Positions 8,545 through 17,739 of a DNA stretch of 64,000 bases are shown one piece after another; the stretch's first letter is position 1, and each line of letters starts with the position of its first letter. The stretch spans positions 384,008 to 448,007 of the forward strand of contig JAQGNY010000010.1 of assembly GCA_028293825.1 (NCBI GenBank), given 5' to 3'. Source of the DNA: Verrucomicrobiaceae bacterium. GTDB lineage: Bacteria; Pseudomonadota; Gammaproteobacteria; Pseudomonadales; CAMLJR01. The notes under the pieces were generated by a model that saw nothing but the letters and a program-made list of their open reading frames with translations, searched no databases and had not been told where the DNA came from. The translations under genes were made by a program, and so were the position numbers.

Positions 8545-9183
8545 ATGAGCAAGGTATTTGTGAACATCGGACTGAGTCTTGACGGCTACATGGCACCCGA
8601 AGGGATGACCATCGAGAATTGGGATACGCCTGACTATAAGAATTGGGGCGCGCAGTGGGGTGCGTTGATGGGTTGGGTTCTGAAACAGCAATATTTCCGC
8701 GAGAACCTCCAGTTCGTCCCGGGCGGAGAGACCGGTCCGGTCAACGATATGCTCCGCAATACCATGGAGCGCAGCGGTGCCAACATCATGGGTAAACGCA
8801 TGTTCGAGCAAGGCGAATGCAGCTGGCCGGAGGAAGCGCCGTTTCACACGCCGGTGTACGTTCTTACTCACGAGAAACGCGAGCCGTGGGTGCGTCCGGG
8901 TGGGACCACGTTTTACTTCATTAACGACGGCGCCGAGCGTGCGCTGGAGTTGGCTCGAGAGTCTGCGGGCGGTCGCGACATTCGTATTTCGGGCGGAGCG
9001 GACGCGATACAGCAGTACTTGAATATGGGCGTCGTCGACGAGCTGGAAATTGCTCTGGCTCCATTGTTATTTGGCAGTGGCAGGCGCCTGTTCGAGAACG
9101 CGCACGAGAGCTTGCCGCAGTTTCGAATAGATAAGGTGCTCAATACTTCCGATGCGACGCACTTGCGCTATGTGCGCGCGTAA
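8545..9183 (+). CDS. dihydrofolate reductase family protein (RibD C-terminal domain-like)
   Basis: 'MSKVFVNIGLSLDGYMA...NIMGKRMFE...IRISGGADAIQQYLNMGVVDELEIALAPLLFGSGRRLFE'. ATG 8545 has AGAGGAA upstream. The longer ORF-track start at 8416 overlaps the previous gene and is unlikely. Confidence 0.8.
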   Translation: MSKVFVNIGLSLDGYMAPEGMTIENWDTPDYKNWGAQWGALMGWVLKQQYFRENLQFVPGGETGPVNDMLRNTMERSGANIMGKRMFEQGECSWPEEAPFHTPVYVLTHEKREPWVRPGGTTFYFINDGAERALELARESAGGRDIRISGGADAIQQYLNMGVVDELEIALAPLLFGSGRRLFENAHESLPQFRIDKVLNTSDATHLRYVRA

Positions 9184-9229
9184 AAAAGCGGGCAATTCCC
9201 TATGGGCGGCAGCGGAGTTTTTACAAAAT

Positions 9230-9596
9230 CCCGAATCAATAAATCGGCCTTACGATTCGTTGCGGCGGATGGCTTACCGATACCGCTTGGCTTCGCCATT
9301 TTTCCATGACGCTAAACTCGCCAATGATTCAGCGAGAAGCCCGCACTTGCTTGCACCAGCTATAAAATCCCGGCCTACGTTGCCGGTGTGACCGATATCA
9401 ATTTTTCCCGCTGATATGAACAACGCTTGGAGGAGGCGCTGACGAAAGCCGACCTTAACTACTCGATAGAAATATACCCAGCCAAACACGATTGGGTGTT
9501 TCCGCGACACGTAGGTTTATGACGCAGTCGAATCAGAACACCACTGGCAATCCATGATTAAATTATTCAACGAGACGTTAAAGCGAATACGATAAC
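9230..9596 (+). pseudogene. dienelactone hydrolase family pseudogene (C-terminal ~110 codons, multiple frameshifts and stops)
   Basis: Three frames read in succession. They are 'AYRYRLASPFFHDAKLANDSARSPHLLAPAIKSR', then 'YVAGVTDINFSR*YEQRLEEALTKADLNYSIEIYPAKHDWVFP', then 'VYDAVESEHHWQSMIKLFNETLKRIR*'. Together they match the DLH C-terminal pattern (FHGGxLxTDxPDSPH...YPGAxHGFxxPDxxVYDxxAAExxW). The N-terminal half is absent. Confidence 0.5.
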
Positions 9597-9827
9597 GTGC
9601 GATTAAAGGACGTCGCCGGCAGCGCTTGTTATTGTCGAATCACTATAGATATTTTTTTCATCGGATGGCCGCTGCATCAGCTATCGGGAAAATCATTTTT
9701 AGCGCGCGAATATCGACAGTGGCCGAAGTGTCGACGATCGAATAATTCACGGCAGCAGATCGGCCTTTGTAATTATTAACCTGCAGTAAAGCGGGAATAT
9801 CGAACCCATATCACCAGGAGAACCGGC

Positions 9828-10535
9828 ATGAACAATAAAACGAATTCGGCAACCGTGGCACCGGGACAATTCACTATCTATCACATCGAGGAACGTCGCT
9901 CCGAGCGCGTGATTTGGTTGCTGGAAGAATTAGGCCTGCCATACACCTTGTCGTTCAAGCCCGGCGATTTAATGGGCTCGATACAACTGGCGCGCGACGC
10001 GCATCAGATGGCGATGGTGCCGGTATTTACCGATGGCGATATCGCCATTGTCGAATCCGGCGCGATTCTCGATTACATCATGGCGCGCTACAGCAATGGC
10101 CAATTAAGCGTGCCCGCCAGCTCCGTCGATTTCCCGAAATATATTCAGTGGCTGCACTTCGCGGAAGGCTCGGCGGCATCGCGCATCATTCTGGATTTTC
10201 TGCTGCGCTCGGCGCTTCCGGAAGGTACTGAGCCGTCGTTCATCGTTGCGCGCAATCTCGGCGGCGCACGACGCGTAAGCACCGTCGCCGAAAATGCGCT
10301 GACCGACTCGCCGTATTTCGGCGGCGCCGCGTTTAGCGCAGCCGATATCATGATGGTGTTTCCAATGAAGCTGGCGTTCAGTTGGGGCTTGGAGGCGAGT
10401 GAGTTTCCGCATATCGCGCGCTGGCTGGAAGCGGTGCAAAAACGCCCCGCGTATCAACGCGCGGTGGCTGCCGGTTCGCCGAATGGTCCACTGCCATCGC
10501 AGCCGCAGATCAATCGAAAATTATTTGCAAAATGA
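9828..10535 (+). CDS. glutathione S-transferase family protein
   Basis: 235 aa. The N-terminal thioredoxin-like part is 'FTIYHIEERRSERVIWLLEELGLPYTL...VPVFTDGDIAIVESGAILDYI', followed by an alpha-helical C-domain. AGGAGA lies upstream of the ATG. Confidence 0.85.
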   Translation: MNNKTNSATVAPGQFTIYHIEERRSERVIWLLEELGLPYTLSFKPGDLMGSIQLARDAHQMAMVPVFTDGDIAIVESGAILDYIMARYSNGQLSVPASSVDFPKYIQWLHFAEGSAASRIILDFLLRSALPEGTEPSFIVARNLGGARRVSTVAENALTDSPYFGGAAFSAADIMMVFPMKLAFSWGLEASEFPHIARWLEAVQKRPAYQRAVAAGSPNGPLPSQPQINRKLFAK

Positions 10536-10803
10536 CATGCGAGAAATTGCGCTTCGCAAACCGTACGTAACTCGATGCCCGCTTTCGAGCGATTAAGCGT
10601 GCTAGCGGACGGTGCCAACAGCAGGCATCGCGCAATCTATATTTTTGATAATGCCGCAGACCTGAGCCGCGTGCCTCTGAACTCTGGTGTTGCGTAGATT
10701 CAATCGTGTTCAAGAGGCTTGGGGAGGGGACTTCTTTAGTAAACGATTGATGGAGATGCGTGGCGGCGAATGCGTCGCGCGATCGCCGCCTTGAGCTTTT
10801 CCG

Positions 10804-12120
10804 TTAAATATTATTATCCGCATAGGTGGCAAGAGTTAGGTGCGCTGTGCGCGTCGGCAAAACCTGGCCATTAAGAATAAAGTTCAGTTTGTAAGCCTCT
10901 CCAGTATGGCCGCGCTCCAAGGTCCCAATCAGAAAGCTTTTCTTGCCACTGCTGCCTGTTATCTCGACTGGCACCTCAGCCGATAGCCGAGGATTGTGGC
11001 TGCTGCCCAGTTGGGTCACCAGCTCACCGCCCGGTTGCTGATTGAGACCATTGCCGAGGTTGCGATAGTTAATCACCAACATAAAGACATTGCCGCCATC
11101 GGTGGGAACGAAGCGTTCGCCCTCGATAATTCCCGGCGTCAGTGAAGTTACGTGAATTTCAGGCTTCGCTGCCACGGCTGCTGCATCGGTTTTTGACGCC
11201 GCACCCGTGGAGCGCTCTGTTGCTGGCAACACGGCGGGCATGGGCGCTGGATTTATCGGTTTCGTATCCGATACTGCGGGTATTGCTTGCTGAGCCGTTG
11301 CAGTGGTGGCGGATGCTACGGATTGTGAAGACAGTGCAGGCGTTGCCGCTAACGCGTGTTCGGTGCCGACAGCAGAGTCAGCGATTGCCTGCTGTTGGTT
11401 TTGGGCCGGGTTTTTGTCTATGCGCGCGGCCAGCGACTGATAGCGCGGATCATAGACCAGCTCGGGAAATAACTTAGCGGCGAAGTTAAGCGAGTTGGCA
11501 GCAAGCGGCGCGTCCTCGGTCGCGCTTATTACCTCAAGCTCAGCAAGACTGTGCTCGCGCAATCGAACAAGAATTGAATTTACCTCGGCGTCGTGCGGAG
11601 CATTTGCCAGCCGTAACCGAAACACGGCCACTAGCTGTTGCAGCAGTTCAGGCCGGACACGCAGGCTGACTTCGGAAATCGGAACGGTTATTCCCGTCGC
11701 CGCCGCAACTTCGGCGGACGTAGTCGGCGCAGGCGCTTTTTGCAGACTTTTTGTAAATTGCGCCACCTCTCGCTCAGCCTGAGCGGCCGCCCCCATTATC
11801 GGAGTACGAAACGCAATGACCGCCAAAACCAGGCTGGCAGCGGCCAGCAAGAGGGCAAAGCGGGTGCGTTTGATGAGACGACTGCCATTGTGCCCGTCGT
11901 CAGAAAAGGAGTTCGGCAAGGTGCGTTTTGGTTGCGGCGCTATATGGTCTGTCAAATGCCGGGCCGCTGCAGGCTGCATCGCAGCCCGTTGGCGCTCAAT
12001 GGCGGAGGGGCGGCCGCTGTCAACATTGTCGCTACCCTGGGTGCTGGGTTGATTGCCGGCGTCAGCGAAATCCGCATGGGAGCCGGCTATATCGTCCGTA
12101 TCGTTCTGATCGTAATCCAT
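10804..12120 (-). CDS. hypothetical membrane-anchored protein
   Basis: 438-aa ORF. It has an acidic N-terminus, one hydrophobic helix ('FALLLAAASLVLAVIAF'), an Ala/Pro/Thr-rich linker and a beta-rich C-terminal domain. No family is recognised. Opposite-strand ORFs look like GC shadows. Confidence 0.55.
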   Translation of the reverse strand: MDYDQNDTDDIAGSHADFADAGNQPSTQGSDNVDSGRPSAIERQRAAMQPAAARHLTDHIAPQPKRTLPNSFSDDGHNGSRLIKRTRFALLLAAASLVLAVIAFRTPIMGAAAQAEREVAQFTKSLQKAPAPTTSAEVAAATGITVPISEVSLRVRPELLQQLVAVFRLRLANAPHDAEVNSILVRLREHSLAELEVISATEDAPLAANSLNFAAKLFPELVYDPRYQSLAARIDKNPAQNQQQAIADSAVGTEHALAATPALSSQSVASATTATAQQAIPAVSDTKPINPAPMPAVLPATERSTGAASKTDAAAVAAKPEIHVTSLTPGIIEGERFVPTDGGNVFMLVINYRNLGNGLNQQPGGELVTQLGSSHNPRLSAEVPVEITGSSGKKSFLIGTLERGHTGEAYKLNFILNGQVLPTRTAHLTLATYADNNI

Positions 12121-12498
12121 TGCTCGTCGCTACTCATCTAACAGCGGTCGGTTAAAAACAGCTCAGTGAAAAGTGGTCTTGAAAAGTGGTGCCAATCGCC
12201 AATGCAAAAATCGGGACAGGTATATCAAGCGCGCCCCATCTCGATTTTTCATTATCAATGCCGATAGATCGATCAATACATTCATCGCGATCACCCCGGC
12301 TTGCCTATCGAGACAAAAAACTGCACTTCCGCGCAGCCTAATCCTACTGCCAAGATCGCCGTACCTACCTCCAAACAAGGATGTCGAGTCTTTTTGCTCC
12401 GCTGTCCTCTCTTTTTAGGGGTATGACCCATCCGCGAGCTCCTCCATCGGAGCTTTTTCGTAGGAAGCCGGAGCTTTTATGGAGGATTACCTCGTTGT

Positions 12499-12560
12499 GA
12501 AGTGGGAGGGGGTTCCTCTAAGGTAGGTGGGGGTACTTCCGAGGTAGGGGGGAGTACCTC
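12499..12560 (+). repeat. three tandem ~21-nt G-rich repeats inside a GGAGG-rich divergent intergenic region
   Basis: The units are gaagtgggagggggttcctct / aaggtaggtgggggtacttcc / gaggtaggggggagtacctc. Further GGAGG/G-runs extend to ~12620, including a perfect TAAGGAGGTG at 12578-12587. Confidence 0.7.
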
Positions 12561-12724
12561 AATCAGAGGTCGAAGGATTAAGGAGGTGGGTAAAAGAGAT
12601 AAGTCGGAGTGAAGGGGAGGTAGTTATCCCAGCCCCAGATCCCTTCTTCCACAGCGTGCCGATAACCGTAAAATGCCTACTATCTCATCCGCCAAACAAG
12701 GTTAATAAACGCGTGATTCCAACA

Positions 12725-13558
12725 ATGACCAACGAGCTCTTCACAGCATCCGGCGTGCGCCTGCGAAAGCGTCGGCAAACGCCGGGCGCTATTAATTGGT
12801 TGTTACTACCGGGCGGACCCGGCATCGGGTCGGAAAGTCTCAATGAGCTGGCAGATTCGATCGATGTAGCGGGCACTATTTGGTTAGTCGATTTGCCCGG
12901 CGATGGTTCGAATAGCGCACCTAAAGCGCCTTCACCCGACTATTTTAAAACGTGGCCACATGTTCTTTATGAGGCGATCGATTTATTGCCGAACTGCGTT
13001 TATGTCGGTCATTCAACGGGCGGAATGTATCTACTATCGGTGCCCGATCTGGAGTCCAAGATTATCGGTTTAGTGCTTATTAGCACCGCACCGGATGCGA
13101 GCTGGCATCCTCGCTATGTAGAGATGACAAGGCAGAATCCGCTGCCAGAATTTGATGTGGCACTGCAGCAATATCAACAACAGCAAACTAACGAAACACT
13201 GCGCGAGATTGCCGTAGCATCGGCGTCTTGGAATTTTACGCCACAGGGTTTATCCGTCGGCCGCGATCTATTGGCGCGAATGCCCTATACCCTCGCGGCA
13301 GTCGAATGGTCAGATCGTCACTTCGATCATACGTACGTTGCGCAGTGGTGGCCGAAATCGCTACCCACGTTAATCGTGAGCGGGGCTGACGATCGAATTG
13401 TCGATCAAGCGCTGTGGGATAACCCCAGGTTCCAAGCAGACAATATTTTGCGGCGGTCTATTCGTGAAGCCGCCCACTTTCCGTGGATTGAGCAACCTGG
13501 CGCGGTGCGGGAGGCATTTGCAGATATGTCGGCACGTATTGTTATCCACGAGCAATAG
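12725..13558 (+). CDS. alpha/beta hydrolase
   Basis: 'WLLLPGGPGIGSE...LVDLPGDGSN...VYVGHSTGGMYLL...VSGADDRIV...AAHFPWIEQP' gives a nucleophile elbow GHSxG and a C-terminal His. The start at ATG 12725 is preferred over the GTG at 12656 (uncertain). Confidence 0.8.
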   Translation: MTNELFTASGVRLRKRRQTPGAINWLLLPGGPGIGSESLNELADSIDVAGTIWLVDLPGDGSNSAPKAPSPDYFKTWPHVLYEAIDLLPNCVYVGHSTGGMYLLSVPDLESKIIGLVLISTAPDASWHPRYVEMTRQNPLPEFDVALQQYQQQQTNETLREIAVASASWNFTPQGLSVGRDLLARMPYTLAAVEWSDRHFDHTYVAQWWPKSLPTLIVSGADDRIVDQALWDNPRFQADNILRRSIREAAHFPWIEQPGAVREAFADMSARIVIHEQ

Positions 13559-13821
13559 TCGGCCCCTCACGATTAACTCAACGAGTCAGTGTGAGACCGC
13601 AATTTCCTATTGCTGCAATCGTTACTATCGTCGCATGACAGTAATCGGCCATAACGGCGGGGCGATTTGAAGAGTAGAGGCTCAACCGGGGGACCCGTAG
13701 ATAAGTGGCTCAATTCAGACCGCATTTCCTCATCCCGCTGTTAATCGACCCAAGCTGGATTTTAGTTGTATCGCTTACTCAGCCGACCTACGGCGCACGT
13801 CACTCGCCTATATCGAGTTGC

Positions 13822-15288
13822 TCATGCAGGCTGCGGGTCTGCAGTCATAGGTTTGGCGGCGGGTTCCAGGTGAGAAACCACCCAGGGCAGCCGCAAGGTG
13901 GCGAGAAACAGCAGCGCATGCAGCGCGCAGAGAAGACTGAACGCTGCGACAAAGGCGCTAGCTGTCGCCGTGGGGGCGGGCACTGCCGCTAGGCGCCAAC
14001 CGAGGAACGTTGCACAGAGTGTCGTCAAGGTCGGACCACCCAGACGTTGAACAATGTTCATGGCGGTCGTCGCCATTGGCAGATCTTTGCGGGCCACTGC
14101 CGCATAACCCGAGGTGATCGCTGGAATACTGATGGCGCTGACGCCCACACCGCGAATGAACAGGCTCGCCGCCAGGACGGTAACGACGAGACCGTGCTGA
14201 GCCAGGAAGATAAGCGGCAGTGTTCCCACCAAGGCCAGCAGCGCACCGCAAGCCGCCAATTTACGGATGCCGAACCGGTTAGTAAGACGGCCCATGAACG
14301 GATAGGTGCAGATCATGCCCAGTCCCAGCGGCGCCAGTAGCCAGCCGGTGCGGCTCGGTGACAGGCTGCAGGCGTGGATGAGATAGATCGGAATCAACAT
14401 CTGACCGGCGAAGGAGATGCCGTTGGCCATGAACATAGCGGCGATCGAAGCGGAAAACCCCCTGACCCTGAACAGCCGAATATCGATTAGCGCCGCGTCG
14501 CCCTTGGCCCGCGCGGTGCGATAAAACAGCACAAACAGAGCAAGAGAGAGGATAAGAGCAATCGCACCCATCTGGTCGCCAAGATGGTCTGAGCCATAGA
14601 GAAACAACACCAGCCCCGGCGATAGCAGGGCCAATCCAAGGAGGTCGAGGCCGCGCGGCCGTGTCTCTGCCCGATCATTGGGAAGAAAGGCGGCCGCCAG
14701 CACGAGCGCCAGGATACCGACCGGCAGATTGATGAGAAAAAGCCAGCGCCAGGACGCGAACTGCAGGATGGCACCGGCGACGACCGGCCCCAGCAAAGGC
14801 GCGAGCAACACCGGCAACGCGGCGATGCTGATCACCTGTGCCATCTGCTTGCCAGCCACACGTGCCGTCACCATTTGCGACATCGGCGCCAGTAGTCCGC
14901 CGCTCATGCCCTGGAGTATACGGAATCCAATCAGTGAATTTGCGGACCACGCCAGCCCGCATAGCGTCGAAGAAAGGGTAAAGGCGGCGAAGCACCAAAG
15001 ATAAAGTGCTTTGGTGCCGATGCGGTCGACGAGCCAGGCGCTCAGCGGTAATGTCAGCGCCAGCGCCAACAGATAGCCGCTAGTCACCCATTGGATCGCG
15101 GTAAGACTGACGTGCAAATCGGCGGCGAGACTGGCGAGCGACACATTGACCACTGTGGCATCGAGTTGCGCCATGAACGAACCCGTGGCGGCGACGCTGA
15201 TTATTTTCCACATGGTGGGAGTAATTCGATCGGCGGCGGCAATACCTGCAGCCGGCGCCGCGTTAATGTCCTTTTGGAGCGAGTTCAT
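13822..15288 (-). CDS. MFS transporter, DHA2 (EmrB/QacA, 14-TMS) family
   Basis: 488 aa, highly hydrophobic. Motifs 'FMAQLDATVVNVSL', 'WLVDRIGTK' and 'LQGMSGGLLAP' are typical of DHA2 drug:H+ antiporters. Confidence 0.85.
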   Translation of the reverse strand: MNSLQKDINAAPAAGIAAADRITPTMWKIISVAATGSFMAQLDATVVNVSLASLAADLHVSLTAIQWVTSGYLLALALTLPLSAWLVDRIGTKALYLWCFAAFTLSSTLCGLAWSANSLIGFRILQGMSGGLLAPMSQMVTARVAGKQMAQVISIAALPVLLAPLLGPVVAGAILQFASWRWLFLINLPVGILALVLAAAFLPNDRAETRPRGLDLLGLALLSPGLVLFLYGSDHLGDQMGAIALILSLALFVLFYRTARAKGDAALIDIRLFRVRGFSASIAAMFMANGISFAGQMLIPIYLIHACSLSPSRTGWLLAPLGLGMICTYPFMGRLTNRFGIRKLAACGALLALVGTLPLIFLAQHGLVVTVLAASLFIRGVGVSAISIPAITSGYAAVARKDLPMATTAMNIVQRLGGPTLTTLCATFLGWRLAAVPAPTATASAFVAAFSLLCALHALLFLATLRLPWVVSHLEPAAKPMTADPQPA

Positions 15289-15842
15289 AGGCGATCGACA
15301 AGCCCGATAATCTCCTGCGTGGAACCCGTTTCGCCCAGTCGCGGAAAAATGTGGGCGACGCTGTGGTCGTGGGCTTCAAGGCTTAAATCAGTCATGGCAT
15401 CGAGCGCGAGGGTAATGTTGAATCCCAATTCATACGCGTGGCGAGCGGTGGACTCGACGCCCATGCTGGTAGCAATACCGAGGATCACTAACTGGGTAAC
15501 GCGCATCGCCCGTAGCTGTGCTTCGAGGTTGGTGTTCGTGAAGGCGCCCCAGGTCCTTTTAGTTATCAGCAAATCACTAGGCTGTACGTTCAACTGCGGT
15601 ATGAGGTCGGCCCAATCCGTCGGCAGTCCGTCAAGCTTGCGGTTTTGCTCGGTTCGACCCGGCGCAATGCCGGTGGCATTAACCAGCACGACGGGCAGAC
15701 CGCGACGCCGAAAAGCCGCGACCAATGCCATGACCGAGGTCAGCACTTTGTCGATGGGGTGGGCGGTAGCAAAACCAACGACGCCCTTCTGCAGGTCAAT
15801 GACCACAAGCGCGGTATTGTTATCGAGGGTGGTGACGGTCAT
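15285..15842 (-). CDS. isochorismatase family cysteine hydrolase
   Basis: 185 aa with 'ALVVIDLQKGVV...LPVVLVN...LLITKRTWGAFTNTNLEAQLRAMRVTQLVILGIATSMGVESTAR'. A 4-nt overlap with the downstream MFS gene suggests an operon. Confidence 0.85.
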   Translation of the reverse strand: MTVTTLDNNTALVVIDLQKGVVGFATAHPIDKVLTSVMALVAAFRRRGLPVVLVNATGIAPGRTEQNRKLDGLPTDWADLIPQLNVQPSDLLITKRTWGAFTNTNLEAQLRAMRVTQLVILGIATSMGVESTARHAYELGFNITLALDAMTDLSLEAHDHSVAHIFPRLGETGSTQEIIGLVDRL

Positions 15843-16320
15843 TTGTTGAGCCTTATTATTTTGGTGATTCGAGGAGGCACTTGCCTCTGTTTATGGTGTG
15901 CGAGGTGCGGCGCCCGCGTGGCAGAGCTGCAAGATCGTCTTTAAACACCGTATCGAACAGATCGATATTGTCGACACCAACGACGCGGACCGTGAATATC
16001 AGGCGCGCGGATGGGCGTCGAACAACCGCTGCCCATTGTAGAAGATGTCGATCAGCCCCGGGGCAAGGGCGAAGAGTTTGGTGATTCGGCACATTTAAAA
16101 ACTCCACTAAGTCAGGTAGCGCGGCATCCGCTGCAGAACAATTACTTTCCGCAGAACATCTGTTGCCATGTCGGCGAGCCTGATGAGAAATTCCATATAT
16201 CCCGTTGCTGTTCACCATTTTGTTGCCGGGAATCGGCTCAGGAATTTCGGCCGCCCAGATCCATCGACACTTAACTGATCTCAATCAGCCTGCATAACAC
16301 CAAATGCGCGGCCTTCGGGT

Positions 16321-17739
16321 TTACCGCTGATCTGTGTCCGCAGCGCGGGTCTGCGTGGAATTATCCCAGCCACCGCCAAGTGCTTGATACAAAGCGACTA
16401 GCGCGTTGAGTAAATCGGCACGAGTTTGAATCACCGACAACTCCGCGCCATACAAACCGCGCTGCGCGTCGAGCTGTTCAAGATACGGCGCATAACCCGC
16501 GCGGTAGCGGTTGGTGGCGACGCGCAGCGTTTCGGCGAGGGCGTTGCGTTGCGCCTCGGCATGTACGAATTGTTCGCGTAGTTTTTGTTCCGCCGCCAGA
16601 TTGTCCTCCACTTCGCGAAATGCGGTCAGCGCGGTTTTTTGATAGTTGAATGCCGCCTGATCGCGTCGCGCCAACGCCGTATCGACCTGTGCGTCGATGC
16701 GGCCGCCCTCGAAAATCGGCGCCAGCACGCTGCCGCCGAGCGACCACACCGTAATCGGATCGGGCAGTTCATTATTGAAAATGCGGCCGATCGACGCGCC
16801 GAGTTTAATCTGCGGCAGATACTGTTTGCGTGCCGCCGCAAGACTGGCATCGGTGCCGGCCAGCGTGTATTCGGCCTGTGCCAGATCGGGTCGCTGCCGC
16901 AACAGATCGGCGGGAATCGTGCCCGGCACCTGCGGTTGCGTCAGCGCGAACAAATCGCTGCCGCATTCGATGGCGGTGGGCGCAACACCAATCAAGATAC
17001 TGAGCGCATTTTCCTGCCGCGACACTGCCAGTTCTGCCTGCGGCACGGCCTGCGCGGCAGCTTCGAACTCGGCCTCGGCCTGGCGCAACTCCAGCGTTGA
17101 GGTGTAACCGACTTCGGCGCGACGGCGCGCCAGATTCAGCGCATCGTTGCGCGCTTGCAGCGTTTGCCGGGCGACGCCGAGTCGCGCATCCAGTGCGCGC
17201 AGTGTGATGTAGTTGCTGGTGGTTGCAGCGGCAACGCTGAGGCGCGTGGCCTCGCGGGCGGCGTCGCTGGCCAGATAGTTCGAGCGCGCGGCGCTGACGT
17301 TGTCGCGCACGCGGCCGAACAGATCGACTTCATAGGCCGCTGCGAATTGCGGCTCGGCGGTGTTGCCAATTAACGGTTCGCCAAAGGCGTCGATGTCGCG
17401 GCTGCGCTGCGCATCGACGCGCGCATCAAGCGTCGGAAACAGCTGCGAGCGCGACAGCTTTTCCTGCGCCCGCGCCTCGCGCACGCGCGCCGCCGCCAGT
17501 GCGATATCGACGTTGTGGGCCAGTGCGGTATCGACCAGTCGCTGCAGCACCGGATCATTGAAATTGCGCCACCAGTCGGAATCGATGGCTGGGCCATTGT
17601 CTGTCGGTGTACGCCAGGCAACCGGTGCGGTAACGCGCGCGTCTTCCGGCACCGACGGCGCGTGGCTGCACGCCAGCAATCCGCAGAGCGCCGCTGTCAT
17701 GCCGAGTTGGCGAAAGAGGCGCGCGTCAAAGCCGCTCAC
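16321..17739 (-). CDS. efflux transporter outer membrane factor lipoprotein (NodT/OprM family)
   Basis: 472 aa. It has a lipobox 'CGLLACS' and two OEP repeats ('LVDTALAHNVDIALAAARVREA...', 'RYRAGYAPYLEQLDAQRGLY...ALYQALGGGW'). A GTGA overlap links it to the upstream HlyD gene. Confidence 0.9.
   Translation of the reverse strand: MSGFDARLFRQLGMTAALCGLLACSHAPSVPEDARVTAPVAWRTPTDNGPAIDSDWWRNFNDPVLQRLVDTALAHNVDIALAAARVREARAQEKLSRSQLFPTLDARVDAQRSRDIDAFGEPLIGNTAEPQFAAAYEVDLFGRVRDNVSAARSNYLASDAAREATRLSVAAATTSNYITLRALDARLGVARQTLQARNDALNLARRRAEVGYTSTLELRQAEAEFEAAAQAVPQAELAVSRQENALSILIGVAPTAIECGSDLFALTQPQVPGTIPADLLRQRPDLAQAEYTLAGTDASLAAARKQYLPQIKLGASIGRIFNNELPDPITVWSLGGSVLAPIFEGGRIDAQVDTALARRDQAAFNYQKTALTAFREVEDNLAAEQKLREQFVHAEAQRNALAETLRVATNRYRAGYAPYLEQLDAQRGLYGAELSVIQTRADLLNALVALYQALGGGWDNSTQTRAADTDQR

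Noticed and set aside
7970-8596. 208-aa minus-strand ORF overlapping the VOC gene
   Set aside because: It is antisense to a gene with a clear family signature and is Cys/Arg-rich with no motif. Its 5' part would run into the recombinase remnant. It is treated as spurious.
7779-9600. Possibility that the IntI/Xer-like recombinase tail marks a chromosomal integron with cassettes (VOC, DHFR-like, DLH)
   Set aside because: I found no attC-like imperfect inverted repeats (R''-L''...L'-R' with GTTRRRY cores) between the small genes. The integrase fragment lacks the IntI-specific insertion region, so it cannot be distinguished from XerC/D or phage integrases.
12499-12560. Tandem 21-nt repeats checked as a possible CRISPR array
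   Set aside because: The units are directly adjacent without spacers, there are only three of them and they are degenerate. No cas genes are in the window.
15856-16284. 142-aa minus-strand ORF, plus short alternative frames, in the 470-nt gap between the isochorismatase gene and the OMF gene
   Set aside because: I could not recognise any family in any frame. The fragmentary frames ('MCRITKLFALAPGLIDIFYNGQRLFDAHPRA*' then a shifted continuation) suggest another decayed gene. The evidence is too weak to call it.
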